Position numbers and translations under genes: made by a program. 64,000 bases of DNA from Azolla caroliniana (taxonomy: Eukaryota; Plantae; Polypodiophyta), in assembly GCA_043228905.1 (NCBI GenBank), contig JBHGNT010000006.1, forward strand, positions 21,452,001-21,516,000. Reading direction: 5' to 3'. The stretch's first letter is position 1. Each line of letters starts with the position of its first letter. The notes below the pieces were generated by a model. It was not told the origin of the DNA and made no database searches. It was given only the letters and a program-made list of their open reading frames with translations. Below are positions 50,997 to 64,000 of the stretch, piece after piece.

Positions 50997-53900
50997 GAGG
51001 AAGACACTCTGGTCACCTGCAGAGGACGAGATGTTGAAGAGATGTGTAGAAAGATATGGAACTCGCAACTGGAAAGAAATCGCTAATCGAACCGGTGAAT
51101 AATTATTCTCTCGGCTTATAGATACCGCAGTTTTATTATAGGAATCGACACATTTTCATGTATTATTGAGATATAAACCTTGGAAATTATATATTGAGTG
51201 CTTAAACCCAACTTATATAAAGCTTCATGATTCATATAGAAATGGAACGAGATTGTTGTTATAGGATAAGCTCATTAAAATCCATTTAAATGAACTAATA
51301 ATATTGGGATTGTTGCTCTATCACCTTTTGATCCAGTCATTAAGCTAAACCTTCGTCATTAGTAATGTAATTAATATTGATAATCTGACCCAGCCCATTA
51401 CCTTGCTTTTAATAACATTTTATAATTCATGTAATTTGTAACCCAGCAGTATATCAACCTTCATGTGAGGGCCTTAATCATGGTGCTGCTCAAACCCTAA
51501 TCCAGAAGCCTTAGATCTTTGATATAATTGCCCATGTTAAAACCTTGCTTACTTACTTTAATTAATATTTGATTATATTCCTAATTGTGAAGGCACATGC
51601 CCATAAATATTATTGATAAATATTTATATGAAACTATAAGAAAAAACAAATCTTATAACGTAAATCATATTGAAATTTAAATATATGTATATGTATCATT
51701 AATCACATTAAAACAGATGAAGGATTAAAACATTTGATGCATGAATGATGTTTTTTAGTTTTTTTTTATCTCATTATTAAATAATTATTCATAAACTATT
51801 TGAATATTTAAAAACATTTCTTTCATGTAATAATTAGTCAATTGATTGTGAGGAACCATGAATGATTTTTCAATGCATTTAGGAGTAGGATTTGTATGTA
51901 ATTAGTGTGGTATGGTAGGGATTGGGTTAAAATGGTTAATGTGGGCGATTACAATATGTAACAAATTTACTGTAGGGCTGGGGCGCTGTCCAAAGAGCTG
52001 CAGGCTCCGGTGGTTCAATTACCTGAGGCCAGACCTGAAGAGATGCCCTTTCTCGCCACTCGAAGCTGCCCTGCTCCTCCACCTCCATGCCTGCTATGGC
52101 AACAGGCAATTAATTCACTCCTTCATTTCTCTAATCTACTCTTCATGCTCCCTTAATTACCCTCATCACCTTCCTTAATCACCTCACTTCCTACAGTTAC
52201 TGTTCACCCACTAATCACTTCAAAAATAACTTTGGTCACTAATTACTAACTAACCTTACTTATAAGTTCCTTATTACGCTTAGTCACTAATATGTTGCTA
52301 ATACACTCACTTACCATGTCACTTCCTTAGTAATCTTCCTAACTACCCTCGATCATGAAGTCCTCTACTCATCTTCCTTAAATCACGATGTCCGTCACTA
52401 ACCTTCCATAATCAAGATGTCGTTACTAGCCTTAATCATGATATCGTTACTAGCCTTAATCACGATCTCGTTACTAGCCTTAATCACGATGTCGTTACTA
52501 GCCTTAATCACGATCTCATTACTAGCCTTAATCACGATGTCGTTACTAGCCTTAATAACAAAGTCGCTTACTAACCTTCCCTCATTATGAGGTTATTTAT
52601 AGAACCCTTAATCGCGAAATCACTTACGAACCTTCCTTAATAAGGAATGAGGTTATGTAACCCTCAATCACTAACCACTTATGTTGCCACCCTTAATCAT
52701 TGGCTTCAATCATTTAACCTCTACCTAATCTTAATCATTAGGGCTTAATTAATTGTGATAACCAACTTAGTAAAGGACTTTGCATTAGTGTTTTCCCTTA
52801 ATTGAGCCAACCCAATCATCATCTCCCATAACAACTAATTAATCATATTCACAACAATAACAAACTTATAGTCCCATTGTCATGTCAATGTTCTTTTTTA
52901 GTGGAAGTAACAAATTACCTAGTATTTGTAGGTGCTTGACAAAACAATATTTATCCTATATAAATAAGGTGGTAGGCTTGATTTCCATGACATTGGAAAG
53001 GGTTTAATTAATTCATTAAAAATGATTATAAATTTCAAATTCCAACCTTATCAATTGTTTGGGTAAAAACTTCTTGTCACTAATGTCAAGGGTGGTCTAC
53101 TATATTTCTTGTCTCTCTCATCATAGCCTTCCAAATGTTCAAATATGTCTCTAATTTCGTTGCTCATTCTTAGAGATTTTTCACGACCTTAATGTTATAA
53201 TAAGTTGACACGCAGTATTTATAGTCTCGCACGATAATTCCGAATGTTGTCACGCACGCGATGAGCATTATGAGATTTCAGTCAAGGGCAGGCCCCGCAT
53301 TCCTAGGCACTTTGAAAGTTTCAATTTGAACGAACATAAGTAGTTTTAATTGATTCCTAGTCAATGTCAAGGGTTCTATGTTTCCCTTGCATCTTATCCA
53401 TTATATTCATGTCAGAGTCAAGAGTTTTATGTTTTGTCACCATCAAGACTTCCATGCTTTCTTACTTGTCTACCCATATTTGGCTTTTATCACTAACTTG
53501 TCATTCAACTCAATGACAACTTTCTTAATTTATGGTCACTCATTCCTAGTAGAGTCCAACCCTATCTTACATGTGATGTGAGTCATTACATGACCTAATT
53601 CATGTGTCACTTAACCAAAGTTTGGGAAATGTTTTAGCACTAAACCTTGACCTCCTAGAAATTTAAGCTCACTTAACATAATTTCAACCACCCATATTCA
53701 AATGTTTAACATTCCAAATTTTTGTAGGGTAGGGTGGTCACCCTCTACATGGTACGAAACATTAGGTACGCCAATCATTATAGAGTTTTGTGGTTTTTAG
53801 TGCTTAGAATAATGAACTCTTGAATGGGTTTCTTCCATACAATTAGCTAGGGTGTGGACTTTTGTAGTTCTCCCATGCAATTAGCATGGGTTTCTTCCAT

Positions 53901-55869
53901 GCAAAAGAAAAAAGGTATCCATATAACAGTGTCCAATATGAGCTTTTGTAAACCATGGTTACAATATGAGCTTTTGTAAACCATGCTAAGCCAAGTGCAC
54001 TAACAGTGAAGCTGAGACATAGTATCATGTCTTGCCCACAAAAAGATGGTCATAATGTTATGAGGATAACTTAATAGTCTTTGAGCACATTAGCAAAACT
54101 CTAGGACATAATTTTGTAAAACACCTAAATATTGTAGGAGGATGTCTTTTGATTCTCTTTTATTGTCCCACACCCCTATCCATGCATATTCTACACCAAT
54201 TAGCTCACTATGCTCTATCTCACATGATCATAATGTTAGGAGCCTCACCTTGACAACATAATAATTGTAGCGAACAATCCTAGTTACAAAAGATGAAAGA
54301 ATTCTTGTGCAATTCATTCATATTGGGTACATCTCGGAATCTCAGTATTGCACAATACATTTATTAACACTGAATTGATGAGGTTGCGCTTGGGATATTC
54401 TCAAACTATAGAAGGAAAAAACACACTCCCATCTTTAATCATGATGGCATAATGGCAAATTCTTCGCATTCCTTAAAGTTTTGTCCTGATCTTATTGTGC
54501 ATTGCAATAATATAATTGTGATCGTATATTGTCATTACAAATAATATAATTGTCATTGTATATTGTCATTGTAATGATGTAATTGTGATTGTATATTGTC
54601 ATTACAATAATATAATTGTGATCGTATATTGTCATTGTAATGATGTAATTGTGATTGTATATTGTCATTACAATAATATAATTGTGATCGTATATTGTCA
54701 TTACAATAATATAATGGTGATCCTCATTAACTTTGTGATGGTGTTTAAAACTAGTGTAAAATTGCATATACTATTGTCACACTTGTAGGTGGTCGAAGAT
54801 TGCGTCGCACCTCCCGGGCCGCAGTGACAACGACGTGAAGAACTTCTGGCACACGTTCTCGCGACGGAGCTGGCGTGCCCAGTATGCCTCCACTACTACT
54901 ACCTCAATAAGTACTCAATATGACACCTTAAATATAAATGGACCCACCAATAATAACTACATAACCAACAACAACATTGCCTATAGTACTACTACTCACC
55001 AAGAGGCCAACACTACTTATCATGGTACTTCTAATAGTGTGATAAGCTCACCTACATATCATTATCATCATCATCATAATCATAATCATAATCATAATCA
55101 TCGTCATAATAATCATCATCATCATAGGAATAACTTTATTATGAGCAAGACAATGATATCCTCCTCCACCTCATCATCATCATCATCAAATAACAACCAA
55201 GTAGGATCATTGTATACTGCAAATGATCATGAAGAAGATATGAAATTAATGATGATGCTCAAACCACCATTAATGGATGGGCTCATAAGGATCAACAATA
55301 ATTACCAATTAGGAGAGGAAGAAGAAGAAGAAGAAGAAGATGATGATGATGATGATGATGATTATGATTATGATGAAGAAGAAAGAGAAGGAGAAGATGA
55401 CTATGATGAAGAAGAGGAAGAGGAAGAGGAAGAAGAAGAAGAAGATTATGATGATGAAGAAGAAGATGAGGATGGATATAATGGTTTCCATAGATTGGAA
55501 GGAATAGATGGTCAAGATTATGATGAGGTGATTTATAAGTGCGATTATGAACATGGTGGTGTGATTATGAATGATATGGAGCCAGTGATAATAAGCAGCT
55601 GCAGGTCACCAATTCTGGTGCAGATCGATAATGGAGATGCTGCAAGCAGCAATCCAGCATGGCCAGAATCCCATAATCATACTAATAATCATAGTAGTAG
55701 TACTAGTAGTAGTGCAGGAATTAATGGTAATCATCAGGCCATGGATTCATCTAGGAAATCAGGGAGTGGTAATGATAGTAGTTATAAGCCCCCTGAAGGA
55801 TTAGATCTCATCGGATGGAAACTGCAGAACCCTAATTTACCCATCCCTTCCACTTGGAGAGAACAGTAA
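50995..55869 (+). CDS. R2R3-MYB transcription factor, 3 exons, 436 aa
   Basis: Exons 50995-51094, 51976-52105 (canonical 130 bp), 54789-55869; WSPAEDEML…YGTRNW…[13 protein letters not shown]…[23 protein letters not shown]; intron 2 has a GC donor; poly-H/N, poly-S and poly-D/E C-terminus. Confidence 0.93.
52400..52560. repeat. About 24-bp tandem repeat in MYB intron 2
   Basis: CGTTACTAGCCTTAATCACGAT(G/C)T, about 6 copies. Confidence 0.85.
54505..54715. repeat. 33-bp tandem repeat near the 3' end of MYB intron 2
   Basis: AATTGTGAT(C/T)GTATATTGTCATT(AC/GT)AAT… about 6 copies with alternating variants. Confidence 0.85.
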
Positions 55870-58800
55870 TCCTCTCTCTCTGTCTCTGTCTCTGTCTCTG
55901 TCTCCCCCAACAAAAGAAGAGGAAAAAAACCAATACACTTCATGAAACCCGAAACCCTAAAACCCTAAATCCATCTCCAAAAAAAAGAAAGATTTCCTTA
56001 TTCTCTTCTTTCATGTTTTCCTTTCTTTCTTTTCTTTTTCTGGTATTTAGCTCATAAATTATTATTTGTTGTTATCATCTTCTTCTTTGATCTGTCTGTA
56101 CCAGTAATGATATATTACTATTTCTCATGTCTTATCGATTCTCTGCTTTATTTTGCATAAATTCCGTTCCTCATGAGAATTGGAGATATTACACATAGAA
56201 TTGCTTCTTTCTTCTTCTCCTGAAAATCATAGAATTGGAGATATACATTGAATTATAATTATAGTTATATATAATTATAATCATATATATATATATATAT
56301 ATATATATGTAATTATAATTGCTGTTGCTGCCTCAATCTGTTTAATAAATAAATAAAAATCACTCTGATTATCATCATCCCAACAGTTAGCATTGATTGA
56401 TAGAGTAGAAAAGAAGAAGAAGAAGTAATTATTTCCCTAGTTTTACCGTTCATGACAGAAATCTATTTTATTTGACGTAAATCAATCAGCTCTTTCAAAA
56501 GAAAGAGAAATAAAAGAAAAACCAGAAAACAAATATATATATATATATACGGATATCTGAGTAGTAGAGGGCCAATTACGTAAATCATGGCACAGATCGG
56601 AGATAAACATAGAATTATAATTAATATATATGTGAATATTCAGAATGACTTGAAATTATATATATATATAATTCAGAAAAAGAGAAGGATGGTCAAGAGA
56701 TCGAGTCCACCTAAGTACACACTCTGATTTATGTTCTCTCTGTCTTTCTAATCCTCCCAAACAACACAAAACAGAGTACACATATCATCCCTTGATTTGT
56801 GTACAAAACAGATCAGCTACGCTTTTTGGTATAATATTAAGTCAATTAAATTAATTAATTTTACCCCCCCCCCCCAGCATAATCCAATCGTCTCAGTACA
56901 GACAGTCTAATTTGTCTTTCCTCGAATTCAGTGTGATTTGCTATATACATAATACATAATACATATATTTATATTTATACTGTCGATTTCTGGATGTATA
57001 GATACATAATCTTATGCCACGCATATATGTACAATATGCAGTATATACGTAGTCTATACAATCCATTATTATACATACGATCACAGTATAATGGGGTCCC
57101 CTTAATACCACGCAATTATACCATACATACATACATACATACATACATACGTATTCCTCATACTATCCGTATATAATGTGCGTACATACTCTCTACTGCA
57201 ATCCTTTATTATACCATCATTCGTATATCATATGTATGCGTACATACTTGTCTTATTCAATCCATCCATAAATACATTTCTCTACGTACCTGCTCATCCA
57301 CCCAACCATCCATACATATATACATGCTTTCAATATACTCTGATTTTGTAAGTTAACCAATTTCGCTAGGTATACGGCCTTAGTAATGTTTACTGTATTT
57401 GTTTGTTTTCTGCAAATTTCGTTAATTAATCCTAAATATCTTCGCTAGCTAAATGGAGTTACTAAGCTTTCTAGACTGAAACTTTCTTCGATTCATTCAA
57501 TCCTACATATCCGAATTGATCTATAGCCTCTATTTCAATTTCAATAATAATAATAATAATAATAATAGTAATAATAGTAATAGTAATAGTAATAGTAATA
57601 GTAATAGTAATGATAATAACCAAATTATAGCCTTAGTCCCTCCTCCATGACCCCTCATAAGTTCTAATTCACAACATTGTATGCATAAAGCCCTTAAAGT
57701 TCTAAATACTTACTACCTCAAATGTGTGAATCTTGTAAATCGACACTTAAATCTTTAAAATCAATGTATATGTATATGTATACCTATACGTATATGTATC
57801 TATATAGGTACATGTATACGTGTATATATATATATGTATATGTATATGTATATGTACAATGAAATGTATCTTGTGACATAATCCTCACACATATATATAT
57901 GTATAACTAATTCAAATGTGTGTATTCTTCATTTTATGCGCACTACTACAAGGACAAGTCAAGGTTCGATCCTGAATATATCGATAGCTTTTTACCATAG
58001 TCCAACAACTAGTTCATATCATAATTAGACTCAAGAACACCTAGGCTTTTAATACTTTGAAACTAGATTTTACTTGAGTATAGATATATATATTTAGATG
58101 ACATTTAGGATGCATCCCTTAATGTACCCTAATATAACTCATGTCCATGCTCAAACGGCTTGTACTAGATTCGTGAATAATATTATGCACTAGGAAGCCC
58201 TTATACCTCCTTATACATATGTGTGTGTGTCATTGACAACTTTACTTTAATTTCGATTCGTGATCACCAAGATTTTGAAGTCCCTTATTCAAATTTAAAA
58301 CTTATTCAGCTCTAGGTTCTTTAACCAAAGCACTAGTCTATAATTGTCCAACAATTACCAACCATTATTTCTAACCTAGGCCTAAGTGTACATGCAATTC
58401 TCAACATAACTAGCTACACACAAAGTGAATGATGGAGCTATCACTTCCCTGATTGTAGTGAAACTTGTTTTCAATTATATCAACTTGGATAACTCGCAAA
58501 CTCTCACAAGTATTTGAGGTTATTTTTCTAACTATATTCCACCAATAACTAACATGGCATGGGGAAATTTGCCCATGATCTTTATGAACACAAATTATGC
58601 CCATCTCTAGGATGAATCCAATGGGGCAAGGAATGTGCAATCCAAATGTAAAATCTTAGCAAAAGATTTACCATTGGTCGGTTTAAAGAAAATCATTGAC
58701 TTATATATTTTGATAGTACATAATTAATCAATATATACAAACCATACAATCAAGGAATGCTAAAATATAGGTGTATGGAAAAGGAATTCACATGAAGGTA

Positions 58801-59959
58801 TATGACCTTAGTTGATCATGATTCAGGACATGCAATGATGCTCACAAAACAAGACTTTTCTATTTTGAGATCAAAATCCCATCATGGAATTTTCCCATGA
58901 TAGAGCTTCTAAGTGAGTAAACATAGTTGCATGGCACTAATTCAAAGCTAAATAGGATAAGCCAAATGCGGAAAGCTAAGCCCAATGTTCAAATATTATA
59001 TCAATATTGTTTGGCATTCATAAGGGAAGGGTATTGACGAGTGATGATTATTGCAAATAAGAGGTCATGGTACTCGAAACTGTTGTATTATTTATAATCT
59101 TGGTCGGGTCTATAGTCAAATTATCACTACGATTGTTTTTTGCTTCATTTGAGACTATCCCACTACACAAATTTCACACACTTATGAGTTGTACTTATTG
59201 TGAACTTGTTTCAAGTCTAGCCTCACATATTAAAAAATTCTACATTAAGTATATTTGGATTACATCATATTCATATGAAATATAGTTAACTAGGTACAAA
59301 TAGAATAGCATCCATTCTTTTGAAATGGGTGTCATTTATGGGGGTTTGAAAGATATATTAAGTCATCTCTAAACCATGCTTAGTGCAACTGAGGTAAAAG
59401 GTACGGGAAACTCTACATGGCTACACCTATGGAGTGGTGACATAAATAGAAATATCCTGATGGAAAGATTGCACCCCTGATATGTACTAACAATATGTTT
59501 TTGCAATTATGTCCATTCTATTCAAAAGTATTCATGTGTTTGATATTCACATTGGGTTGTGCGAATTGGACTCACCCTAGAACCTTTCGCTATTGTGCAA
59601 TCCTCTTAACGTTATAAAAATCTATAATCTATCAAATATTCATGAACATAGAGTTACTACTTCATGATCCTCAAATGATAACTATGAATTAGAGTTGCAT
59701 CAAATCAATTCAGCATGGTCACTCTCAATTTCAATTCCTTTGACTCTTCATTGAAAGAATTTTTAGTAATTTCTTTTATCAGGATAGTCTTAAATTCTAA
59801 TATATTTGGTTATTCTATTTACCTTACTTGTCAATGTAGCAATACATACTAGCCCCAATACTTGAAATGACTATAATTGCCAATGTGCAAAATGTCATCA
59901 GTCAAGGTTGTCCATGGTCACCATCTTATAAAGGCACAACTGCATAGGATTAAAAAACA

Positions 59960-61020
59960 AAGAAATTAAATCTTGAGTAGGTGTTGTGCATCAATAGGAA
60001 TGGCCTATCAAGTGAAACATTACCCAATACTATATTACGCTTTTTGATACTATTTTTGTTTGTTCTCATGACATTTATCATATTGCTTAATGTATACTCT
60101 ACCCATGTTGATGCTAGATATTTTGGTTACATCATTCAGAGATGAGGATTCATTCATATTTTTTTGAGCTTGTTCCAGTGCACTTGTTAGGTTTGCTCAC
60201 ATCTTGTGCTCATCGTGCCATCTGATCATTATCACCTAAGACTTCTTCGAACACTCCTAGGTTATTTAGCCCACACTCCTTGTATATAGTATTAATAAAA
60301 TAATAAAGTACATCTACATAGAATTCAAAATAGAAGAAATTAAACTTGAATAGGTGTTGTGCATCAATTGGAATGGTGTGTCAAGTGAAACATGACCTCA
60401 AACTAGATTATTCTTTCTAATGTTGTGATTTTCTTAGTTGCTCTAATGATATTTAGAATATTGTTTATTGTGTATCTTATTCAATGGTGGGGTTTTGTTT
60501 TAAGAGCCTCCTTGAACCTATTTGCATGCACTTATAAGGTTTGTCCACATTGTGTTCATTCTACCCTTTCATTACGGTCGCCTAAGACTTCTCCCAATAT
60601 TGCTAGGTTATAAGGCACTCATCCTTGTAGATAATATTAAGTGATTTTCTTAGTTGCTCTAATGATATTTAGAATATTGTTTATTGTGTACTTATTCAAT
60701 GGTGGGTTTTTTTTTTAAGAGCCTCCTTGAACTTATTTGGATGCACTTATAAGGTTTGTCCACATTGTGTTCATTCTACCCTTTCATTAAGGTTGCCTAA
60801 GATTTCTTCAAATATTGCTAGGTTATAAGGCACACATCCTTGTAGATAATATTAAATGCTCAACTGGACTACAATGAAAACACTCAATCCTTTGGGGTTT
60901 AGAGTACATGGAGATTTTCTATCATATGACCTATATGGGGTTTAGAATACATGGAGATTTTCTATCAAATTACGTATATGGGGTTTAGAATACATGGAGA
61001 TTTTCTATCAAATTACGTAT
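59960..61020. repeat. Layered local duplications
   Basis: Recent 216-bp tandem duplication (60425-60640 / 60641-60855), older duplication of about 375 bp (59960 / 60335), and three copies of an about 43-bp unit at 60893-61020. Confidence 0.85.
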
Positions 61021-61885
61021 ACGTCTATCAACTGTATATGATTTTTGTGCAATAATACTTCATCGATAAAGATTGCAAGAATTGCAGAATGTAGTTAGTA
61101 CATATAAAGAAATTTCCTAATGACGAACATGATCTTGCTATTAATTTAAACTGATCCAATCTTCATTGAAAGTTTTAGTTCTAATGAGGTTTGACAAAGT
61201 TGTTAAGGTGTTGCAGTTTAGCTCCCAACTAGCAAATGATTGTACATCCTAGTAGGGAGATCACCTTATCTACCATATTTTAAAAGCAATATTAGAATAT
61301 TCGACACAATTCCCTAATAACATTAAAAAAGAAAGACATGACATTACACCTGCCTTTGTCCAAGTCCAATTGTGAGTGTTATGTACAAATGCATTTGTAA
61401 TTACTACACAATGAATGTTGAAATTAATGGTTTCCAAAACATATTATAACCAGGAAGACCTAAAGCACAAAATGGAAAATGTCTTCAAATTGTAAGATTT
61501 TCTTTCAACATCTTTTGGAAGATTTCTACATTATTGTTTGGTCACTTCTTTGCATCTTTGCATCGAAGTGGCTTCTGCATGAACTCAAATTTTTATATTG
61601 TTGGACATTGTCAGTTGGGTCCTTAACAAATACAATTCAATAACAATGTGATTCGATATAAAATAAGAGAGTATACTCCCTCTTCAATCCATGATAATGC
61701 ATGCACCCGAAAATGAATGATTCTTATACCTTGAGTAATTTCCAATTTCTAACATAAATTAAACCATAGCTTAAGCTCGTATCTAGATATATTAAGGTAG
61801 ACATGTATATAAATAGGTCCATATATATAGTTCTTATAAAGAAAATTTGTGCATAAAATTATCTCTCTCTCTCTCTCTCTCTAAT

Positions 61886-61920
<35 letters not shown>

Positions 61921-62050
61921 GTATATTAGCATGTATTCTATGTTGATATTTTGGCCCAATTTCTCCTCTCAAATCTCTCACATATCAAGCTGATCATACA
62001 CTTTCTAGTGTGATTTCCCTCACACGACAATAGAGTGGGAGTATCTAACA

Positions 62051-62610
62051 TGTTTAGTGATAATTGCAAGAGTTTGGAAATAAGAAACACCTGATTAAGA
62101 CTAGTAAATAAAATTTATGGCCCAAAATCACTCGATTAGACGAAGTGAATCCTTAAAAATACGAGTTGGTCAAATAGTTACCACAAAAAACAATAGCTTT
62201 TACAAGATCAATAGGATTAACAAGAAATGAAATGAAAGGGGAAAAGCGGTTGTTTCCGGTGAAGGTTCGGCTTTAGTGGTGTCACACTAAGATCTTGTCG
62301 ATGTAGAGTTCTCTGGCCATTTAATGCTCCCTTCAACGACCGGTTTGCAACAACCTAAACCGTTCCCTTCAAAGCCGTCGATCTACAATTCTCTTCGTGG
62401 TGGACAAGACGACCGAAACCCCCCCAAAGTAGAAGAGGTAGAGAAAACGAAGTGAAAAATAACAAAACTATACATGCACACCCAAATCTTCCAAAAGTTG
62501 AACTCCAAAATGCGAAAATGAAAAATGACTAAATGTGGCATCCTCCCCCTCTCTTTTTATAGAGAGCGGCACCTCCTTGTTAAGGTTGTCTTCAACCATA
62601 GGTTTAAAAC
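62051..62610 (-). mobile_element. Possible LTR remnant
   Basis: GC/CpG-richer block starting TGTTTAG with reverse TATA (CTCTATAAAAAG) near 62555; no partner or coding sequence. Confidence 0.3.
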
Positions 62611-63154
62611 AAATGATTGACTAAAGCGTACAAAACTATATTTGAAAATAAACATAAAATATACTTTAGGAAGTTCTTCTTAAATTTGATTAATAGACCT
62701 ATTATACAAAAAAATTTGATCATACCACTAAGATATACAAAATCCTTATCATAATTAAGATATACTAAATCGTTAAAATAACATAACATATAAATTATAC
62801 AAGTAAATGTACTACAGAAGTTTATGTGTCATGCCATGTGTAATGCATGCATTGAACAAGCAATAGTATATAATGACCTCACATAAAAAAAGGTGAATAT
62901 CATCACGTGAGAGGTAAGCTAGAGAGTTGACAATTAATATGAAGCACATTGTATCTATTCGACGTTAAGATCATCTTCTATAATATCTTTCTCTATATAA
63001 GTTATAACCTTTCTATTCAAATATAACTAACACAAACTTTGTTATTTTGCTTTATATCTATGTTGCAACAACATAAAAAATTTGTAGCCAAAAATCTATG
63101 AGTAAAAGGGAACATGCTACCAACATGACTAGCGTTGTCATGGAATTGACACGT

Positions 63155-64000
63155 TGTCGCGGAAATACGCGCTTACGTGTCTAAATAGGGTCTCGGGCCA
63201 AGGAGCTGGTGAGAGCAAGAAGGTTGTCCAAATTGGTTAGCGATCACGAGTCCAGTCAGGACCGACTCACGGATGCCGGTTGGCAACGATGAACTCTTGG
63301 CGCCACTCAATTAGAAACACAACATGACAAGAATAGACCAAAAACAAGAACACGGGAAATCCGAAACACCCGGAGAGACTCAGCGAACTAACGATTAATA
63401 GAGGAAACACGAAAGATTACAAGCGGCCACGGCTGACGGAAGAGCTTCGAGCTCACTATATATACTCACACACACTAGCGAGCCTCCGATCGGGAGCACA
63501 CATGCTACCAACGCGAAGCGGAGGCCTCGCAACACGAGGACAAGGAAAATCGGAAAACAGGGAATAGGAAAGAAGCTCGGAGAGGTCGGTCCGGCAGCAC
63601 TTTGTGCACTTCGTCCTCCCAAAATGTGGATACCTAAAACAGGCTCAAGCCTCCCCTTTTATAGCACAAGGGGAGACCGTTACATCGTGATCAGGGCTAG
63701 AGATGCCCCCTCGATTTCTTCACATCAAATCCCCGTATTCTGTCTATGCGTATGGGACTTTAAAGTACCCATTAAGTCCCATTACCTAATACTTACTAGT
63801 CCTATGCTATTTACATATGTTTGTACATAATACTTGATTTGTGTACATCGGTGCACACACCCATTCGCGCGCACTCGGCTCTGTTTCTCTCTATGGCCAG
63901 AATCCTTCACGACAACGTGCATGTGAAACGTGAGCGAGACCACATCGGACTTGGACTAGAGAAAACGGGAATGTTAGGTCATCAAGAATAGAGTACTTGA
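63155..64000 (-). mobile_element. Probable LTR of a retrotransposon extending beyond the window
   Basis: Sharp switch to CpG-rich sequence starting TGTCGCGG; reverse TATA box (CTATAAAAGGGG) near 63660. Confidence 0.5.

Noticed and set aside
50995-55869. MYB as DUO1
   Set aside because: Shares DNDVKNFW but has NYLRP rather than NKLRP, lacks the extra residue of the DUO1 R3 start, and has the common 130-bp exon-2 structure
54789-55869. miR159/828/858 target sites in the MYB
   Set aside because: Too many mismatches at the expected positions
55950-55970. Interstitial telomere repeat
   Set aside because: Only two AAACCCTA units; common telo-box-like motif

Overview
Eukaryotic land-plant genomic DNA. 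An intact IFT88 gene points to a lineage with flagellated sperm; a Tcn1-like chromovirus fragment and miR529 suggest a fern or lycophyte (inference). Bases 1-22 kb are a nested retroelement stack. An L1-type LINE (- strand) is interrupted by a full-length Copia (- strand). An Athila-like Gypsy with a long extra post-pol ORF sits in that Copia's 3' LTR and itself carries a second, internally deleted Copia (TSD GCTTG). The LINE's RT region is replaced by a Copia-gag/Tcn1-like Gypsy composite. Bases 22-36 kb are AT-rich and repeat-rich and contain the top finding: a MIR529 locus with the mature arm at 24988-25008 and the star arm at 26061-26084, about 1.05 kb apart (a giant loop or an intron-split precursor). 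Then follow a 13-exon IFT88 gene (- strand, all introns phase 0), a 5'-truncated RTE-X/L2-like LINE in a CT microsatellite just upstream of it, a 3-exon R2R3-MYB gene with a GC-AG intron (+ strand), and AT-rich DNA with duplications and LTR remnants. All calls were made by eye; TE lineage names are inferences from motifs.
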